A stretch of 64,000 bases of DNA from Acidobacteriota bacterium (lineage in GTDB: Bacteria > Acidobacteriota > UBA6911 > RPQK01 > JAJDTT01), in contig CBDCJH010000002.1 of NCBI GenBank assembly GCA_965217775.1, positions 5,312,001 to 5,376,000 on the forward strand, read 5' to 3'. Both the position numbers and the translations under genes were made by a program. Of this stretch, positions 49,921 through 60,989 are shown piece after piece. The notes below the pieces were generated by a model. That model searched no databases. It saw only the letters and a list, made by a program, of their open reading frames with translations, and was not told the DNA's origin. Every line of letters starts with the position of its first letter. The stretch's first letter is position 1.

Positions 49921-52560
49921 TCAGCGCGCGGCGCCGATCACCTCCCGGTCCGACTCGTGCTTGAAGATCGGCTCCCCCCCTCCGGGAGCCGTTTCCGCCA
50001 GGATCCGGGCGCCGTCGGTCAATGATCCGGAGACGATGAGCCGCGCCAGGGGATTCTCGAGCCGTCTCTGGATGGCCCGCTTCAGCGGACGGGCTCCGTA
50101 AACGGGATCGTAGCCCTCCCGCACCAGTTGCACCCGGACCTCGTCGCTCAGCTCCAGTGTCATCCGGCGCTCCTTGAGGCGGCGTCGCAAGAGGTCCAAC
50201 TGGATCTCCACGATCTGTTTCAGATGATCCTGGGACAGGGCGTGGAAGACGATCCGGTCGTCGATCCGGTTCAGGAACTCGGGGCGGAAATGCTGAACCA
50301 GCTTCCGGATCACGGCCTGCTTCATCCTCTCGTATTCGGCTCCGCCGAAGGCTCCCCGGTAATCCAGGATGTCGGAGCTGCCCAGGTTCGAGGTCATGAG
50401 GATGATGCAGTTCTTGAAATCCACCGTCCTGCCCTTGCCGTCGGTCAGGCGGCCGTCGTCCAGGATCTGGAGCAGGACGTTGAAGACATCGAAGTGGGCC
50501 TTCTCGATTTCGTCGAAGAGGAGCACCGAGAAGGGTCTTCGCCGCACCGCCTCGCTCAGTTGTCCCCCCTCCTCGTGTCCCACGTATCCGGGAGGAGCGC
50601 CGATCAAGCGGGCCACGGTGTGCTTCTCCTGGTATTCGGACATGTCGATTCGGATCATGGCCTGTTCATCGTCGAAGAGAGCCTCGGCCAGAGCCCGGCC
50701 CAGCTCGGTCTTGCCGACTCCCGTCGGACCCAGGAAGAGGAAGCTGCCGATGGGACGGGCGGGGTCCTTGAGACCGGCCCGGGAACGGATGACCGCTTCC
50801 GTGACGGCTCGAATCGCCTCGTCCTGACCGACGACTCTCCGATGAAGCGTCTGATCCAGGTTCAGGAGCCGCTCCATCTCGCCCTCCATGAGCCTGGAGA
50901 CCGGGATTCCGGTCCACCGGTTGACCACGTCGGCGATGTCTTCCTCGCCCACGTCCTCCTTCAAAAGAGGCGCCGTTCCCTGCTTGCGGTCCAGCCTTTG
51001 CTGCTCCGCTTCCAGCTTCTGTTCCAGGGATGCCAGAGTCCCGTATTTGAGCTCGGCGGCCCGATTCAGGTCGTATTCCCGCTCCGCCTGCTCGATCCGG
51101 ATCTTGGTCTCCTCGATCTGTTCTCTGAGAGTTCTCAGTTGCCGGACTCCCTCCTGTTCGGACTGCCATTGAGCCGTGAGCGCGGTGGCCCGGGCCCGTT
51201 CCTCGGCCAACTCCTTTTCGATCCGGTTCAGCCGATCCCGGGAGCCCTGGTCCTTCTCCTTGCGCAGCGCCTCCCTTTCGATCTCCAGTTGCATCACCCG
51301 CCGCTGGGTCTCGTCCAGCTCGGTGGGCATGGAATCCATTTCGGTCCGCAGCTTGGCCGCGGCTTCGTCCATCAGGTCGATGGCCTTGTCGGGCAGGAAC
51401 CGGTCCGGAATATAGCGGTTCGACAGGACCGCCGCCGCCACCAGCGCCGCGTCTCTGATGTGGACGCCGTGGTGGATCTCGTAGCGCTCCTTCAGGCCTC
51501 TCAGAATCGAAATCGTGTCTTCGACCGAAGGCTGGTCCACCAGGACCGGCTGGAATCGCCGCTCCAGAGCCCTGTCCTTTTCCACGTGTTTCCGGTATTC
51601 GTCCACGGTGGCGGCGCCGATGCAGTGGAGCTCGCCCCGGGCCAACATGGGCTTGAGGAGGTTGCCCGCATCCATGGCCCCTTCGACCCGTCCTGCGCCC
51701 ACGACGGTGTGAAGCTCGTCGATGAAGAGAATGACTTCGCCTTCCTGTTCCTGGACCGCCTTCAGAACGGCCTTGAGTCGTTCCTCGAATTCGCCCCGGT
51801 ATTTGGCGCCGGCGATCAGGGAGCCCATGTCCAGGGAGACGACCCGGCGACGTTTCAGTCCCTCCGGCACGTCGCCCCGGACGATGCGTTGGGCCAGGCC
51901 CTCCGCGATGGCCGTCTTGCCGACGCCCGGATCGCCGATCAGAACCGGGTTGTTCTTGGTTCTCCGGGAAAGGACCTGCATCAGCCGGCGAATTTCGTAG
52001 TCTCTTCCGATGACCGGGTCGAGCTTCCCGGCGGTGGCCAGCCGGGTCAGGTCCCGGCCGTACCGCTCCAGGGGCTCGTACGTCGCCTCGGGATGGGGAG
52101 AGGTCACCCGCTGGCTCCCGCGAACCTCCCGAAGGGTCTGCATCAGGCGTTCCCGGGTGATTCCCTGCGCTTGCAGGAGGCGTCCGGCAGCTCCCGTGTC
52201 CGCTACCATGGCCAGCAACAGGTGCTCCACCGAAACGTACTCGTCCTTGAGCCGCTTCGCTTCTTCCCGGGCTCTGTGCAGAAGCAGCGTCAAACGTCCG
52301 GAGACGTAGATCTGGTCGGCCGCTGCGGTAGGGCCGCTCACGTTGGCGCGGCGCCGCAAATCCTGATGCAGCCTCTGGTTCAATTGGCCGGGGTCCACGT
52401 CCGTCTTGTTCAGGACGGATGCCGCCAGCCCTTGCTCCTGATCCAGAAGAGCGACCAGAAGATGCTCTACATCCACCTGTTGGTGACCCAGGTTCCTGGC
52501 AGCCGCTTCCGCCCGGTTCAGACCTTCGCGAACGCTTTCCGTCAAACGATTCAGGTCCAT
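49921..52560 (-). CDS. clpB: Chaperone ClpB
   Basis: GDPGVGKT and GPTGVGKT, long M-domain, GARPLKR. Confidence 0.96.
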   Translation of the reverse strand: MDLNRLTESVREGLNRAEAAARNLGHQQVDVEHLLVALLDQEQGLAASVLNKTDVDPGQLNQRLHQDLRRRANVSGPTAAADQIYVSGRLTLLLHRAREEAKRLKDEYVSVEHLLLAMVADTGAAGRLLQAQGITRERLMQTLREVRGSQRVTSPHPEATYEPLERYGRDLTRLATAGKLDPVIGRDYEIRRLMQVLSRRTKNNPVLIGDPGVGKTAIAEGLAQRIVRGDVPEGLKRRRVVSLDMGSLIAGAKYRGEFEERLKAVLKAVQEQEGEVILFIDELHTVVGAGRVEGAMDAGNLLKPMLARGELHCIGAATVDEYRKHVEKDRALERRFQPVLVDQPSVEDTISILRGLKERYEIHHGVHIRDAALVAAAVLSNRYIPDRFLPDKAIDLMDEAAAKLRTEMDSMPTELDETQRRVMQLEIEREALRKEKDQGSRDRLNRIEKELAEERARATALTAQWQSEQEGVRQLRTLREQIEETKIRIEQAEREYDLNRAAELKYGTLASLEQKLEAEQQRLDRKQGTAPLLKEDVGEEDIADVVNRWTGIPVSRLMEGEMERLLNLDQTLHRRVVGQDEAIRAVTEAVIRSRAGLKDPARPIGSFLFLGPTGVGKTELGRALAEALFDDEQAMIRIDMSEYQEKHTVARLIGAPPGYVGHEEGGQLSEAVRRRPFSVLLFDEIEKAHFDVFNVLLQILDDGRLTDGKGRTVDFKNCIILMTSNLGSSDILDYRGAFGGAEYERMKQAVIRKLVQHFRPEFLNRIDDRIVFHALSQDHLKQIVEIQLDLLRRRLKERRMTLELSDEVRVQLVREGYDPVYGARPLKRAIQRRLENPLARLIVSGSLTDGARILAETAPGGGEPIFKHESDREVIGAAR

Positions 52561-52745
52561 GATTCGATCCTCCGCTGTCCGGTCTATCTCGTTATAGGAT
52601 CGGCCCGTAAGCATCGCAAGGATTCACGGCCCGTGGTGGCAATTCCGTTTTTCCGTGCCGTCGGACGATGGCTACACGGTTGAGCTCTACGGGTAATCCC
52701 CGGTTCCTCGCACCCGCTCGCCGTAGTAGACTGCGCCTGTTCTAC

Positions 52746-52903
52746 CAGCCCGTGGCAAAAGTCGTCACGGCATTCGACCGTTCCTGCATCCCGGCGGACG
52801 GCGTTGCGATTCGCTCACATACTCCCGGTATGCTCCCGAATCGCGCCTTGTCCGGCGGGCGCAGGACCGGTTTCGGTGCTCGCGCGACTTTCACCACGGA
52901 CTG
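52746..52903 (+). mobile_element. MITE copy 3 (158 bp), TSD CTAC
   Basis: CTAC at 52742-45 and 52904-07. Confidence 0.9.
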
Positions 52904-52930
52904 CTACGGGACGTTGAGGCGAGGCACGAT

Positions 52931-53551
52931 ATGGCGCGTAAGGATCGGGAAGGAAAGTTTCAGGTCACCGACCGGCGCAGCTGGCTCGAAGATGAGTCGG
53001 TTATCGATAAGTCGCGGATCCCGGAGACGCGGTATCCCTCTTACGTCGAGGAATTGAAGGCCAGAACCGAGCTGGCCGAACGGAAGCTGAAGCAGAGACT
53101 CGAGCAGCTCGAGTCCGAGAACGACGCGCTTCGCGAGCGTCTCGAACGGACCCTGGAACAGCGTCTGGACCGGTTCAAGATGAATCTCCTGCTCCGATTC
53201 CTGGAGGTGGTGGACAACCTGGAGCGGGCCTTGGAGGCGGCAGAGAGCGGTTCCGACCTGCAAGAGCTCCGAAAGGGCGTAGAGCTGAATCTCCGGCTCT
53301 TTCTCGATCGGCTCAAGGAGGCCGGGATCGAGCCCATCCAGGTGTTGAACCAGCCCTTCGATCCTCATCTGGCGGAAGCGGTGGGACTCATTCCGGTCAC
53401 CGACCCCGCGCTGGATCAACGGGTTGTCGAGGTGGTTCAGCGAGGCTATCTGTACGGAGGCCGGCTCTTGCGTCCCGCGAGAGCTCGAGTCGGCCGGCTC
53501 GTGGACACCGTATCCGGCGGAGAGTCCGATTCCGCCGCGAAACAGCAGTGA
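52931..53551 (+). CDS. grpE: Nucleotide exchange factor GrpE
   Basis: LEVVDNLERAL, FDPHLAEAV, QRGY...LLRPARARV. Confidence 0.9.
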   Translation: MARKDREGKFQVTDRRSWLEDESVIDKSRIPETRYPSYVEELKARTELAERKLKQRLEQLESENDALRERLERTLEQRLDRFKMNLLLRFLEVVDNLERALEAAESGSDLQELRKGVELNLRLFLDRLKEAGIEPIQVLNQPFDPHLAEAVGLIPVTDPALDQRVVEVVQRGYLYGGRLLRPARARVGRLVDTVSGGESDSAAKQQ

Positions 53552-53581
53552 CGGTCTCCCGGAAATACTGCGGTTCCGGAG

Positions 53582-54118
53582 TCAGCGGGCAATTCTTGCC
53601 TGCTGTTGCAGCCGTTGGGTCGCCACTCCCTTGAAGGCATGGCAGAGGGCGACGGCCAGGGCGTCGGCCGCGTCATTGGGCTGGGGAGATTCCTTCAGCT
53701 TGAGCAGGATCCGGACCATGGTCTGAACTTGTTCCTTGGTCGCCCGGCCAACGCCCGACACCGACTTCTTGACCTCCAGCGGAGAATACTCGACCAACGG
53801 GATCTCCAGCTCGGCGGCGGCCAGCAGGGCCACCCCCCGGGCGTGCCCCAACTGGAGGGCGCTACGGGCATTGACCGCATGAAACACGGTTTCCACGGCC
53901 ACCACGGCCGGCGCGTGGCGGCGGAGCAGCTTCAGGAGTTCGTGGTGGATGGTCTTGAGGCGCTGGGCGAAGGGAGTTTGGGCCCCCCGGCTGTGGCAAC
54001 GGATCGCTCCGTAATCGAGGCAACGATAGTGGTTGCCCAGGACCGAGATGATCCCGTAGCCGGTCGTACGGCTGCCGGGGTCGATGCCCATGACGATGGT
54101 GGGGGAGGGTTGACCCAT
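53582..54118 (-). CDS. ruvC: Holliday junction resolvase RuvC
   Basis: MGIDPGS, AVETVF, EVKKSV, DAADALAVALCH. Confidence 0.95.
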   Translation of the reverse strand: MGQPSPTIVMGIDPGSRTTGYGIISVLGNHYRCLDYGAIRCHSRGAQTPFAQRLKTIHHELLKLLRRHAPAVVAVETVFHAVNARSALQLGHARGVALLAAAELEIPLVEYSPLEVKKSVSGVGRATKEQVQTMVRILLKLKESPQPNDAADALAVALCHAFKGVATQRLQQQARIAR

Positions 54119-54870
54119 CAGGGCTGGAGAAGTGCCTCCATCTCCTGTTCTTCGATGTCGAAGTTGGCGTAGACATGCTGGACGTCGTCGTGGTCCTCGA
54201 GGGCGTCCATCAGCTTCAGCAGCTTTCCCGCCATCTTGCCTTCCACCCGCAGTGAATTCTGCGGAAGCATGGTGATCTGGCTCGATTCCGTGGGGATGTT
54301 GGACGCTTCCAGCTCCTGCCTCACCTGCTCGAAGTTTTCGAAGGGGGTGTAGACGGCCAGGGTGTCGCCCTCGGTCCGGAGATCGTCGGCCCCGGCCTCC
54401 AACACGACCTCCATGAGAGTTTCTTCCGAAACCGAGTCGCTGGGAACACCGAAGTATCCCTTCTTCTCGAACATCCATAGAACGCTGCCCGTCTCTCCCA
54501 GATTCCCGCCGTTCTTGGAAAGGATGTACCGGATCTCGGCCACGGTCCGGTTCCTGTTGTCGGTCAGAGTCTCGATCAGAACCGCCACGCCGCCGGGGCC
54601 GTAGCCCTCATAGGTCACGGCGTCGAAGTTCTGACCCGGGAGTTCGCCCGTCCCCTTCATGACGGCTCGTTCTATGTTGTCGTGGGGCATATTGGCCCCT
54701 TTGGCCGTCTGAATGGCGGTGCGCAGCCGCGGATTGGCGTCCGGGTCTCCGCCGCCCGAACGGGCCGCCACGGTGATTTCCCGGATCATCTTGCTGAACA
54801 TCTTGCCCCGTTTGGCATCCACGATGGCCTTCTTGTGTCGAATCGAGTGCCACTTGGAATGTCCTGACAT
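54118..54870 (-). CDS. yebC: YebC/PmpR family protein
   Basis: MSGHSKW, YEGYGPGG, TDNRNRT, DDVQHVY. Confidence 0.95.
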   Translation of the reverse strand: MSGHSKWHSIRHKKAIVDAKRGKMFSKMIREITVAARSGGGDPDANPRLRTAIQTAKGANMPHDNIERAVMKGTGELPGQNFDAVTYEGYGPGGVAVLIETLTDNRNRTVAEIRYILSKNGGNLGETGSVLWMFEKKGYFGVPSDSVSEETLMEVVLEAGADDLRTEGDTLAVYTPFENFEQVRQELEASNIPTESSQITMLPQNSLRVEGKMAGKLLKLMDALEDHDDVQHVYANFDIEEQEMEALLQP

Positions 54871-54950
54871 GGGCGAATCTCCTGGTCCCTTTTGGCGGCT
54901 ATTGTAACATGGCCTTCCAGCGGACCGGAGTCCGCCGGGACCGCGGGTAG

Positions 54951-55108
54951 CAGTCCGTGGTGAAAGTCCCGCGAGCACCGAGACCGTTCCTGCGCCCGCC
55001 GGACAAGGCGCGATTCGGGTGCATACCGGGAGTATGTGCCCGAATCGCAACGCCGTCCGCCGGGATGCAGGGACGGTCGAATGCCGTGATGACTTTTGCC
55101 ACGGGCTG
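54951..55108 (-). mobile_element. MITE copy 4 (158 bp, reverse), TSD GTAG (CTAC on element strand)
   Basis: GTAG at 54947-50 and 55109-12. Confidence 0.9.
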
Positions 55109-55133
55109 GTAGACCTGGGGAGTTGGAAGGATT

Positions 55134-55874
55134 GTGACCAAGTATCGTTTTGTGGTCCAGTATCGTTCCGATGGATTCTCCGGGTGGCAGGTCCAGAAGG
55201 ACCGTCCGACGATCGGCGGGACCATCGAAGCCGCGCTGGCCCGGATCACGGGTGAAACTCCCTCCGTCGTGGGCGCCGGAAGAACCGACGCCGGAGTGCA
55301 TGCTCTGGGCCAGGTCGCCCACTTCAGGCTCCGGAGATCACGGCCCGTCGACCGCTTGCTGAAATCTCTCAACGGCGTTCTCCCCTCCCGGATTCGGGTG
55401 CTCCGGTTGAACGTGGCCTCCGATGCCTTTCACGCTCAGAAGGACGCCCAACGGAAACGCTACATCTATCGCGTCTACAACGGACCCATACTCTCTCCCT
55501 TTCTGGAGGGCAGGGTGCAACAGGTCTATCGGCCTCTCTCCCTGGAGGCGATGCAACGGGCGTCGGAACTGATCGCCGGTACCCACGATTTCACCGGTTT
55601 CACGGCCTCGGCGTCCCAGGTGAAGAACCGCGTCCGAACCGTTTTCGTTTCCCGGTGGCAACGGAAGGGACGGCACTTTTCCTATCGGGTCGAGGGTGAC
55701 GGCTTTCTCCATCACATGGTCCGCAACCTTGTGGGCACCATGCTCCAGGTTGGACTCGGACAGAGGCCTGCCCGGGACATGATCATGATTCTGGAATCCC
55801 GGGACCGCCGCCTGGCGGGGCCGACGGCCCCCGCGCATGGCTTGTTCCTGGCACAGGTGTGGTACCGGAATTGA
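55134..55874 (+). CDS. truA: tRNA pseudouridine(38-40) synthase
   Basis: GAGRTDAGVHA, FLHHMVR, TAPAHGL. Confidence 0.94.
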   Translation: MTKYRFVVQYRSDGFSGWQVQKDRPTIGGTIEAALARITGETPSVVGAGRTDAGVHALGQVAHFRLRRSRPVDRLLKSLNGVLPSRIRVLRLNVASDAFHAQKDAQRKRYIYRVYNGPILSPFLEGRVQQVYRPLSLEAMQRASELIAGTHDFTGFTASASQVKNRVRTVFVSRWQRKGRHFSYRVEGDGFLHHMVRNLVGTMLQVGLGQRPARDMIMILESRDRRLAGPTAPAHGLFLAQVWYRN

Positions 55875-55919
55875 AAGTTCCGGCAACGGTCCGGTCCATC
55901 CGGATAGGCGTCAACTTGA

Positions 55920-56062
55920 CAGCCCGTGGCAAAAGCCGTCGCGGCATTCGACCGGGTCCGCATCCCGGCGGACTGCTAGGGTCGAATCTGCTCCCTCACC
56001 GCGCCTTGTCCGGCGGGCGCAGCCCCGGTCTCGGTGCTACGCGCGACTTTCACCACGGACTG
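55920..56062 (+). mobile_element. MITE copy 5 (143 bp divergent variant), imperfect TSD TTGA/TTGT
   Basis: Same TIRs; different, shorter central region. Confidence 0.85.
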
Positions 56063-56086
56063 TTGTGGTAGATTTGAACCACCGCG

Positions 56087-56878
56087 ATGACTCCCCCCTT
56101 TGAGAATTTCACCGGAATCATTGAGCCTGGAGGCCGGGAAGCCGGGCTGCTGGCGCAACTCGATCCCCACAAGCTGCCGCGGCACGTGGCCATCATCATG
56201 GACGGAAACGGGCGTTGGGCCCGGCAGCGGGATCTGCCCCGGGTCGAGGGCCACACCGCCGGCATCAAGGCGGTTCGGGCAACGGTCGAAACCAGCGTCC
56301 GCCTCAAGATTCCGGTGCTGACCCTCTATGCCTTTTCGGTGGAGAACTGGAAGCGGCCCATGAGTGAGGTCAATACCCTGATGGAGCTCTTGAAGGAGTA
56401 TCTGCGGAAGGAGTTGCCGGAAATCCAGGAAAATGACATCCGCTTCCATGCCATTGGGCGGGTCCACGAGCTTCCCCGCTCGGTCCGGAGGGAGCTGCGG
56501 CATGTGGAGCAGGAGACCCGGTTCAATCGGGGCATGAAGATGATCCTGGCGCTGAATTACAGTGGCCGAGCCGAACTGGTGGATGCCTTCAACTCGCTGC
56601 TCCTGCAGGGCAGAACCCGGAGGGTGAGTGAGACGGATGTGCAGCGGAGTCTCTACACCGGCGACCTTCCCGATCCGGATCTGTTGATCCGCACCAGTGG
56701 AGAGATGCGAATCAGCAACTTCCTTCTCTGGCAAATTGCCTACTCCGAGATTTACGTCACCGACGTGCTCTGGCCCGACTTTCGGTCCCAGCACCTGTTG
56801 GAGTCCATTCTCGCCTACCAGAAGAGGGAGCGACGCTACGGGGGAATCCGATCCCGTTCCCTGCAGGGCGCCAGATGA
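56087..56878 (+). CDS. uppS: Undecaprenyl diphosphate synthase
   Basis: HVAIIMDGNGRWA, FSVENWKR, IRTSGEMRISNF. Confidence 0.96.
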   Translation: MTPPFENFTGIIEPGGREAGLLAQLDPHKLPRHVAIIMDGNGRWARQRDLPRVEGHTAGIKAVRATVETSVRLKIPVLTLYAFSVENWKRPMSEVNTLMELLKEYLRKELPEIQENDIRFHAIGRVHELPRSVRRELRHVEQETRFNRGMKMILALNYSGRAELVDAFNSLLLQGRTRRVSETDVQRSLYTGDLPDPDLLIRTSGEMRISNFLLWQIAYSEIYVTDVLWPDFRSQHLLESILAYQKRERRYGGIRSRSLQGAR

Positions 56879-57654
56879 TCCGCCGCACCCTGAGCGTCGT
56901 CGTGCTGGCGCCGCTGGTTCTCGCGATCATCGTTTTGGCTCCCCCCCCGGTGTTCCTGGTGTTCCTGGATCTGGTCCTCCTGATCGCAATCCTGGAACTG
57001 TTCCAGCTCCTGGCGCCCTTGGGGGTGAGGAAACCGGTTCCGGCGATCGTCGCCTGCCTGTTGCTTCCCTGGGTGTGGAATCAGGGAGGAGGCGCGGTAG
57101 TGGCGTACTTGCTGGGGGCCTGCCTCTGCCTGCTCACCGCGCATCTATATCGGGTCGTCAACCACCGAGACGCCCTGGCTTCGGCTTCGGCCAGCCTCAT
57201 GGCGTTCCTGTATCTGGGTCTACCCGTGTCGCTGCTGGCCGGGTACCGGACCAGAGCCGACGAGCTGCTCATGGTGCTGGCCATCGTCTGGTCCTGTGAC
57301 ATAGGGGCTTATCTGGTTGGGACGCGCTGGGGACGTCACCGCATCACTCCCAGGTTGAGCCCGGCGAAATCCCTGGAAGGATTCGCCGCCGGTCTCGCCG
57401 CCGCGGTGGCGGCAGCCCTGTTGGTGGGGTACGGCCTGCTCGAGCGTTCCGATTGGGGACTGTTGTCGCTGGTGGGCGTCGTGGTGGGGTCGGCTGCGAT
57501 CCTGGGAGACCTCTTCGAATCTCTTCTCAAGCGGGCCGTCGCGGCCAAGGACAGCGGCTCCCTGATTCCCGGACACGGAGGACTGTTGGACCGGATCGAC
57601 AGTTTGCTCTTCGCTTTCCCCGTCCATCATTGCCTGTCTTTTCTGCTAGGATGA
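56875..57654 (+). CDS. cdsA: Phosphatidate cytidylyltransferase
   Basis: SPAKSLEG, GDLFESLLKR...KDSG..IPGHGGLLDRIDS. Confidence 0.95.
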   Translation: MIRRTLSVVVLAPLVLAIIVLAPPPVFLVFLDLVLLIAILELFQLLAPLGVRKPVPAIVACLLLPWVWNQGGGAVVAYLLGACLCLLTAHLYRVVNHRDALASASASLMAFLYLGLPVSLLAGYRTRADELLMVLAIVWSCDIGAYLVGTRWGRHRITPRLSPAKSLEGFAAGLAAAVAAALLVGYGLLERSDWGLLSLVGVVVGSAAILGDLFESLLKRAVAAKDSGSLIPGHGGLLDRIDSLLFAFPVHHCLSFLLG

Positions 57655-57787
57655 TGCGCTGAGGCGGCGATTTCGGGCATTTCTTCGTGCCTGACAGCCC
57701 GCATCGATTTTCGCCCTGGGCTGTTTTTCGCGGCCAGGAATCTTCAGCGCCGCGCTTGATCCATCGTCTGACGAATCCCGGACGAAG

Positions 57788-58939
57788 ATGAAAAAGATAT
57801 CGATTCTGGGCTCTACGGGATCCGTTGGACGCAGCACCCTGAGTCTGGTCGACCTGAACCCGGACCGGTTCCGGGTCGTGGGCCTGGCGGCGCGAAGAAA
57901 CGCCGGTCGACTTCTTGAACAGGCTCGCGATTACTCTCCGCTCGCGGTTGCCCTCCACGATCGGGAGAGGGCGTCGTGGCTCCGGCAGCAACTTCCCGGG
58001 ACGCCGGTGTTGGAGGGGCAGGAGGGAGTGTCCAGGCTGGCCGCCGAGTCGGAAGCGGATATGGTGGTGGCGGCCATTACCGGTGCGGCGGGTCTGGTTC
58101 CCACGCTGTCCGCCATCCTGGGAGGCCGGGACGTGGCTCTCGCCAACAAGGAGACGTTGGTGATGGCGGGAGAGTTGGTGATGCGGCAGGCCCGGGAGGC
58201 GCAGGTCCGTCTTTTGCCCGTCGACAGCGAGCACAGCGCCATTCATCAGTGTCTCAACGGAGAGAAGAGGGCCCAGATCAAACGGATCCTCCTGACCGCT
58301 TCCGGCGGTCCTTTCTTTCGAAAATCCTTCCGCGAGCTGGGCGAGGTGACTGTACAGGAAGCCTTGAACCATCCGACCTGGAAGATGGGACCCAAGATCA
58401 CGGTGGATTCGGCCACCCTCATGAACAAGGGACTGGAGGTCATCGAGGCCCACCATCTGTTCGGTCTGCGGCCGGGGCAGGTGCAGATCGTGATCCATCC
58501 CCAATCCATGGTTCACTCCATGGTGGAATTCGTGGACGGAGCCATCATGGCCCAACTGGGAATCACCGACATGCGGCTCCCGGTCGGTTATGCTCTGAGC
58601 TACCCGGACCGTTGCAATCTGCCGGTCCCGTCCCTGGATCTCTTCGCCTTGCCGCCGCTGGAGTTCCATCCGCCGGACCCCGTAAAGTTTCCCTGCCTGC
58701 GCTTGGCGGAAGCGGCTCTGCAAGAGGGACGGACCTACCCTGCGGCCCTCAATGCCGCCAACGAAGTGGCCGTCGAACTTTTTCTGGAGGGGCGAATTCC
58801 TTTTCCGGACATCCCCGCCGTTATCGAGGGAGTCCTGGACCGGCACCGGCCGCGAGATCCTGAATCTTTGGAAGTCGTGCTGGAGGTGGACCGGAGGTCG
58901 CGCCTGGAGGCTCAAGACCTGGCCGTGACCCGGATGTGA
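57788..58939 (+). CDS. dxr: DXP reductoisomerase
   Basis: LGSTGSVG, LANKE, PVDSEH, HPTWKMG, NAANE. Confidence 0.97.
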   Translation: MKKISILGSTGSVGRSTLSLVDLNPDRFRVVGLAARRNAGRLLEQARDYSPLAVALHDRERASWLRQQLPGTPVLEGQEGVSRLAAESEADMVVAAITGAAGLVPTLSAILGGRDVALANKETLVMAGELVMRQAREAQVRLLPVDSEHSAIHQCLNGEKRAQIKRILLTASGGPFFRKSFRELGEVTVQEALNHPTWKMGPKITVDSATLMNKGLEVIEAHHLFGLRPGQVQIVIHPQSMVHSMVEFVDGAIMAQLGITDMRLPVGYALSYPDRCNLPVPSLDLFALPPLEFHPPDPVKFPCLRLAEAALQEGRTYPAALNAANEVAVELFLEGRIPFPDIPAVIEGVLDRHRPRDPESLEVVLEVDRRSRLEAQDLAVTRM

Positions 58940-59076
58940 CCGTCTCGAGGCGAGTACGGGGAACCCCCGCGGGTCGAGACACATTTGAGGATTTGAGAGT
59001 TGGAGCGGATGTCTTTGACGGTTGAGACGGGCGGTCGCGGGGACACCGATTTCCTAGTCAGAAAGGCGAGATTCCT

Positions 59077-60402
59077 TTGCAGTTGATCGAATATTTCGGG
59101 ACCACTCTGCTGGCCTTCATCTTCGTCTTGGGGGTCATGATCTTCTTCCACGAGTTGGGACACTGCGTGGTTGCCAAGTTTCTGGGCATTCGCGTCGATG
59201 TGTTCTCACTCGGATTCGGCCCCAGGCTGGTGGGCTTTCGCCGTGGCGAAACCGACTACCGTGTAAGTCTGTTGCCCCTGGGCGGGTACGTCAAGATGGC
59301 CGGAGAGAACTACGATGAGTCGTTGACCGGTTCCGGCGACGAGTTCCTGTCCCGCCCCAAACGGCATCGTTTCGCGGTGGCCGTCGCCGGCCCGATGATG
59401 AACATCGTCCTGGCCGTTCTCTTGTCGGCCGCCACCTACACGCTGGGGGTCCGGGTGCTTACCTACCGGTCGGGCCCTGCGGAGGTGGGAGTGGTGGCTG
59501 CCGGGTCCCCTGCGGAAGCGGCGGGCATTCAGGTTCGCGACACCATCGTGGCTATCGACGGTGACGAGGTGTCCAGTTGGCGAGATGCCGAGATCGCCAT
59601 CGCCACGAGTCCCGGGCAGAGCCTTCGTCTGACTCTGGACCGGGGAGGGAACCGAATCGACAAACGGGTTCTGGTCACCGCGGCGTCGGACCGGGGCGAC
59701 GTGGGCACCATCGGCGCAGAGCCCTGGATCCCCTTCCTCATCACCAAAACCATCGAGGGTTCACCAGCGGAAGCCGCAGGTCTGAAACCGGGTGACGAGA
59801 TTGTCGAAGTGCAGGGAAAGGATGGTTCGGTCAACGAACCCTCCGCGGTCTCGCCGTTCGTTTCGGAGCGCGAAGGAGAGGCGTTGCTATTCAAGCTGCG
59901 CCGGGGCGAAGAGATCCTGGAGGCCACCATTCGGCCGGCGCAGATCGAAGGCAAGGTCCTGATCGGGGTTCAGCGAGGGCCCCCCTTCCACGTCGAGAAA
60001 TATGGAATCGTGGAGTCCCTGGCGCGGTCGATCCGGAGAAACGGAGAACTGGTCCTGTTGACCGGTCACATCATCGGCAAGATCGTGACCGGCAAGGCCT
60101 CCCTCCGGAGCATGTCCGGGCCCATCGATATCGCCCGCTACTCGGGAGCCGCCGCTTCCGGTGGCTTGGTCCCACTGATGGGTTTCATGGCCCTGGTGTC
60201 CCTGCAACTGGGGATCCTGAACCTCTTTCCCATTCCCGTCCTGGATGGAGGCCTCATCGCCATGTTGGCCGTCGAGGGACTCATCGGCAGGGACCTCAGC
60301 CTGAAGGTGAAAGAACGGATCTTTCAGGCCGGATTCATCTTCCTGGTCCTGTTGATGGGTGTCATCCTCTTCAACGACCTCTCCAAGAATCTGCCCTTTT
60401 GA
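59077..60402 (+). CDS. rseP: RIP metalloprotease RseP
   Basis: HELGH, two PDZ domains, NLFPIPVLDGG. Confidence 0.95.
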   Translation: MQLIEYFGTTLLAFIFVLGVMIFFHELGHCVVAKFLGIRVDVFSLGFGPRLVGFRRGETDYRVSLLPLGGYVKMAGENYDESLTGSGDEFLSRPKRHRFAVAVAGPMMNIVLAVLLSAATYTLGVRVLTYRSGPAEVGVVAAGSPAEAAGIQVRDTIVAIDGDEVSSWRDAEIAIATSPGQSLRLTLDRGGNRIDKRVLVTAASDRGDVGTIGAEPWIPFLITKTIEGSPAEAAGLKPGDEIVEVQGKDGSVNEPSAVSPFVSEREGEALLFKLRRGEEILEATIRPAQIEGKVLIGVQRGPPFHVEKYGIVESLARSIRRNGELVLLTGHIIGKIVTGKASLRSMSGPIDIARYSGAAASGGLVPLMGFMALVSLQLGILNLFPIPVLDGGLIAMLAVEGLIGRDLSLKVKERIFQAGFIFLVLLMGVILFNDLSKNLPF

Positions 60403-60551
60403 GAAACCAGGAAAGAGGAAAGAGTGAAGAAAAGCGCGTAGTCTGCGCGTAGCCGGGACCACAGTTGAGAATGATCTCGTCATGGACGCCGGTGCCAGAC
60501 TTACTCGATGCCTTGCTTCCCTCCTGACTCCGCCGGGCGCTGGCCGGAGTT

Positions 60552-60574
60552 CGGCGGTTGGAAACCGCCGCTCC
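60552..60574 (-). repeat. GGAG-type REP-like palindrome between convergent genes
   Basis: rc GGAGCGGCGGTTTCCAACCGCCG. Confidence 0.6.
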
Positions 60575-60640
60575 CACCCTTTTTCTTCCGGGTTTGCGCC
60601 GGCCAGCGACCGGTGGGGGAGCTTCGTGGATTGATCGCGA

Positions 60641-60979
60641 TCAGGCGAAGCTGGCGACCGCTTGAGCCTCGTCTTCGAAGCTGTCGAACACGGTCAGGAG
60701 CTTGGTGATGGCCAGCAGTTCCCGGGTCCTCTTGGTCAGATGGAGAAGTTTGAGCGCTCCTCCCTGGTCGGCAACGTGAGTGTAAGAACTTACGAGCTCG
60801 CCGATCCCGGTGCTGTCCACCGTACGGACATCGGCCAGGTTCATGAGCAGATTCTTCTGACCCGACTGGACCAATCCCCGAATGGTATTCCGAATCAGGG
60901 CGCTCTCTTCGCCGATGGTGATCCTGCCCTGGATATCCAGGATCGTTACGTCGTGCACGTTTCTGGTCGCAATGCTCAT
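60641..60979 (-). CDS. STAS anti-anti-sigma factor (RsbV/SpoIIAA-like)
   Basis: VDSTGIGELV phospho-Ser motif; GGAGG RBS. Confidence 0.9.
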   Translation of the reverse strand: MSIATRNVHDVTILDIQGRITIGEESALIRNTIRGLVQSGQKNLLMNLADVRTVDSTGIGELVSSYTHVADQGGALKLLHLTKRTRELLAITKLLTVFDSFEDEAQAVASFA

Positions 60980-60989
60980 CGTTACCTCC

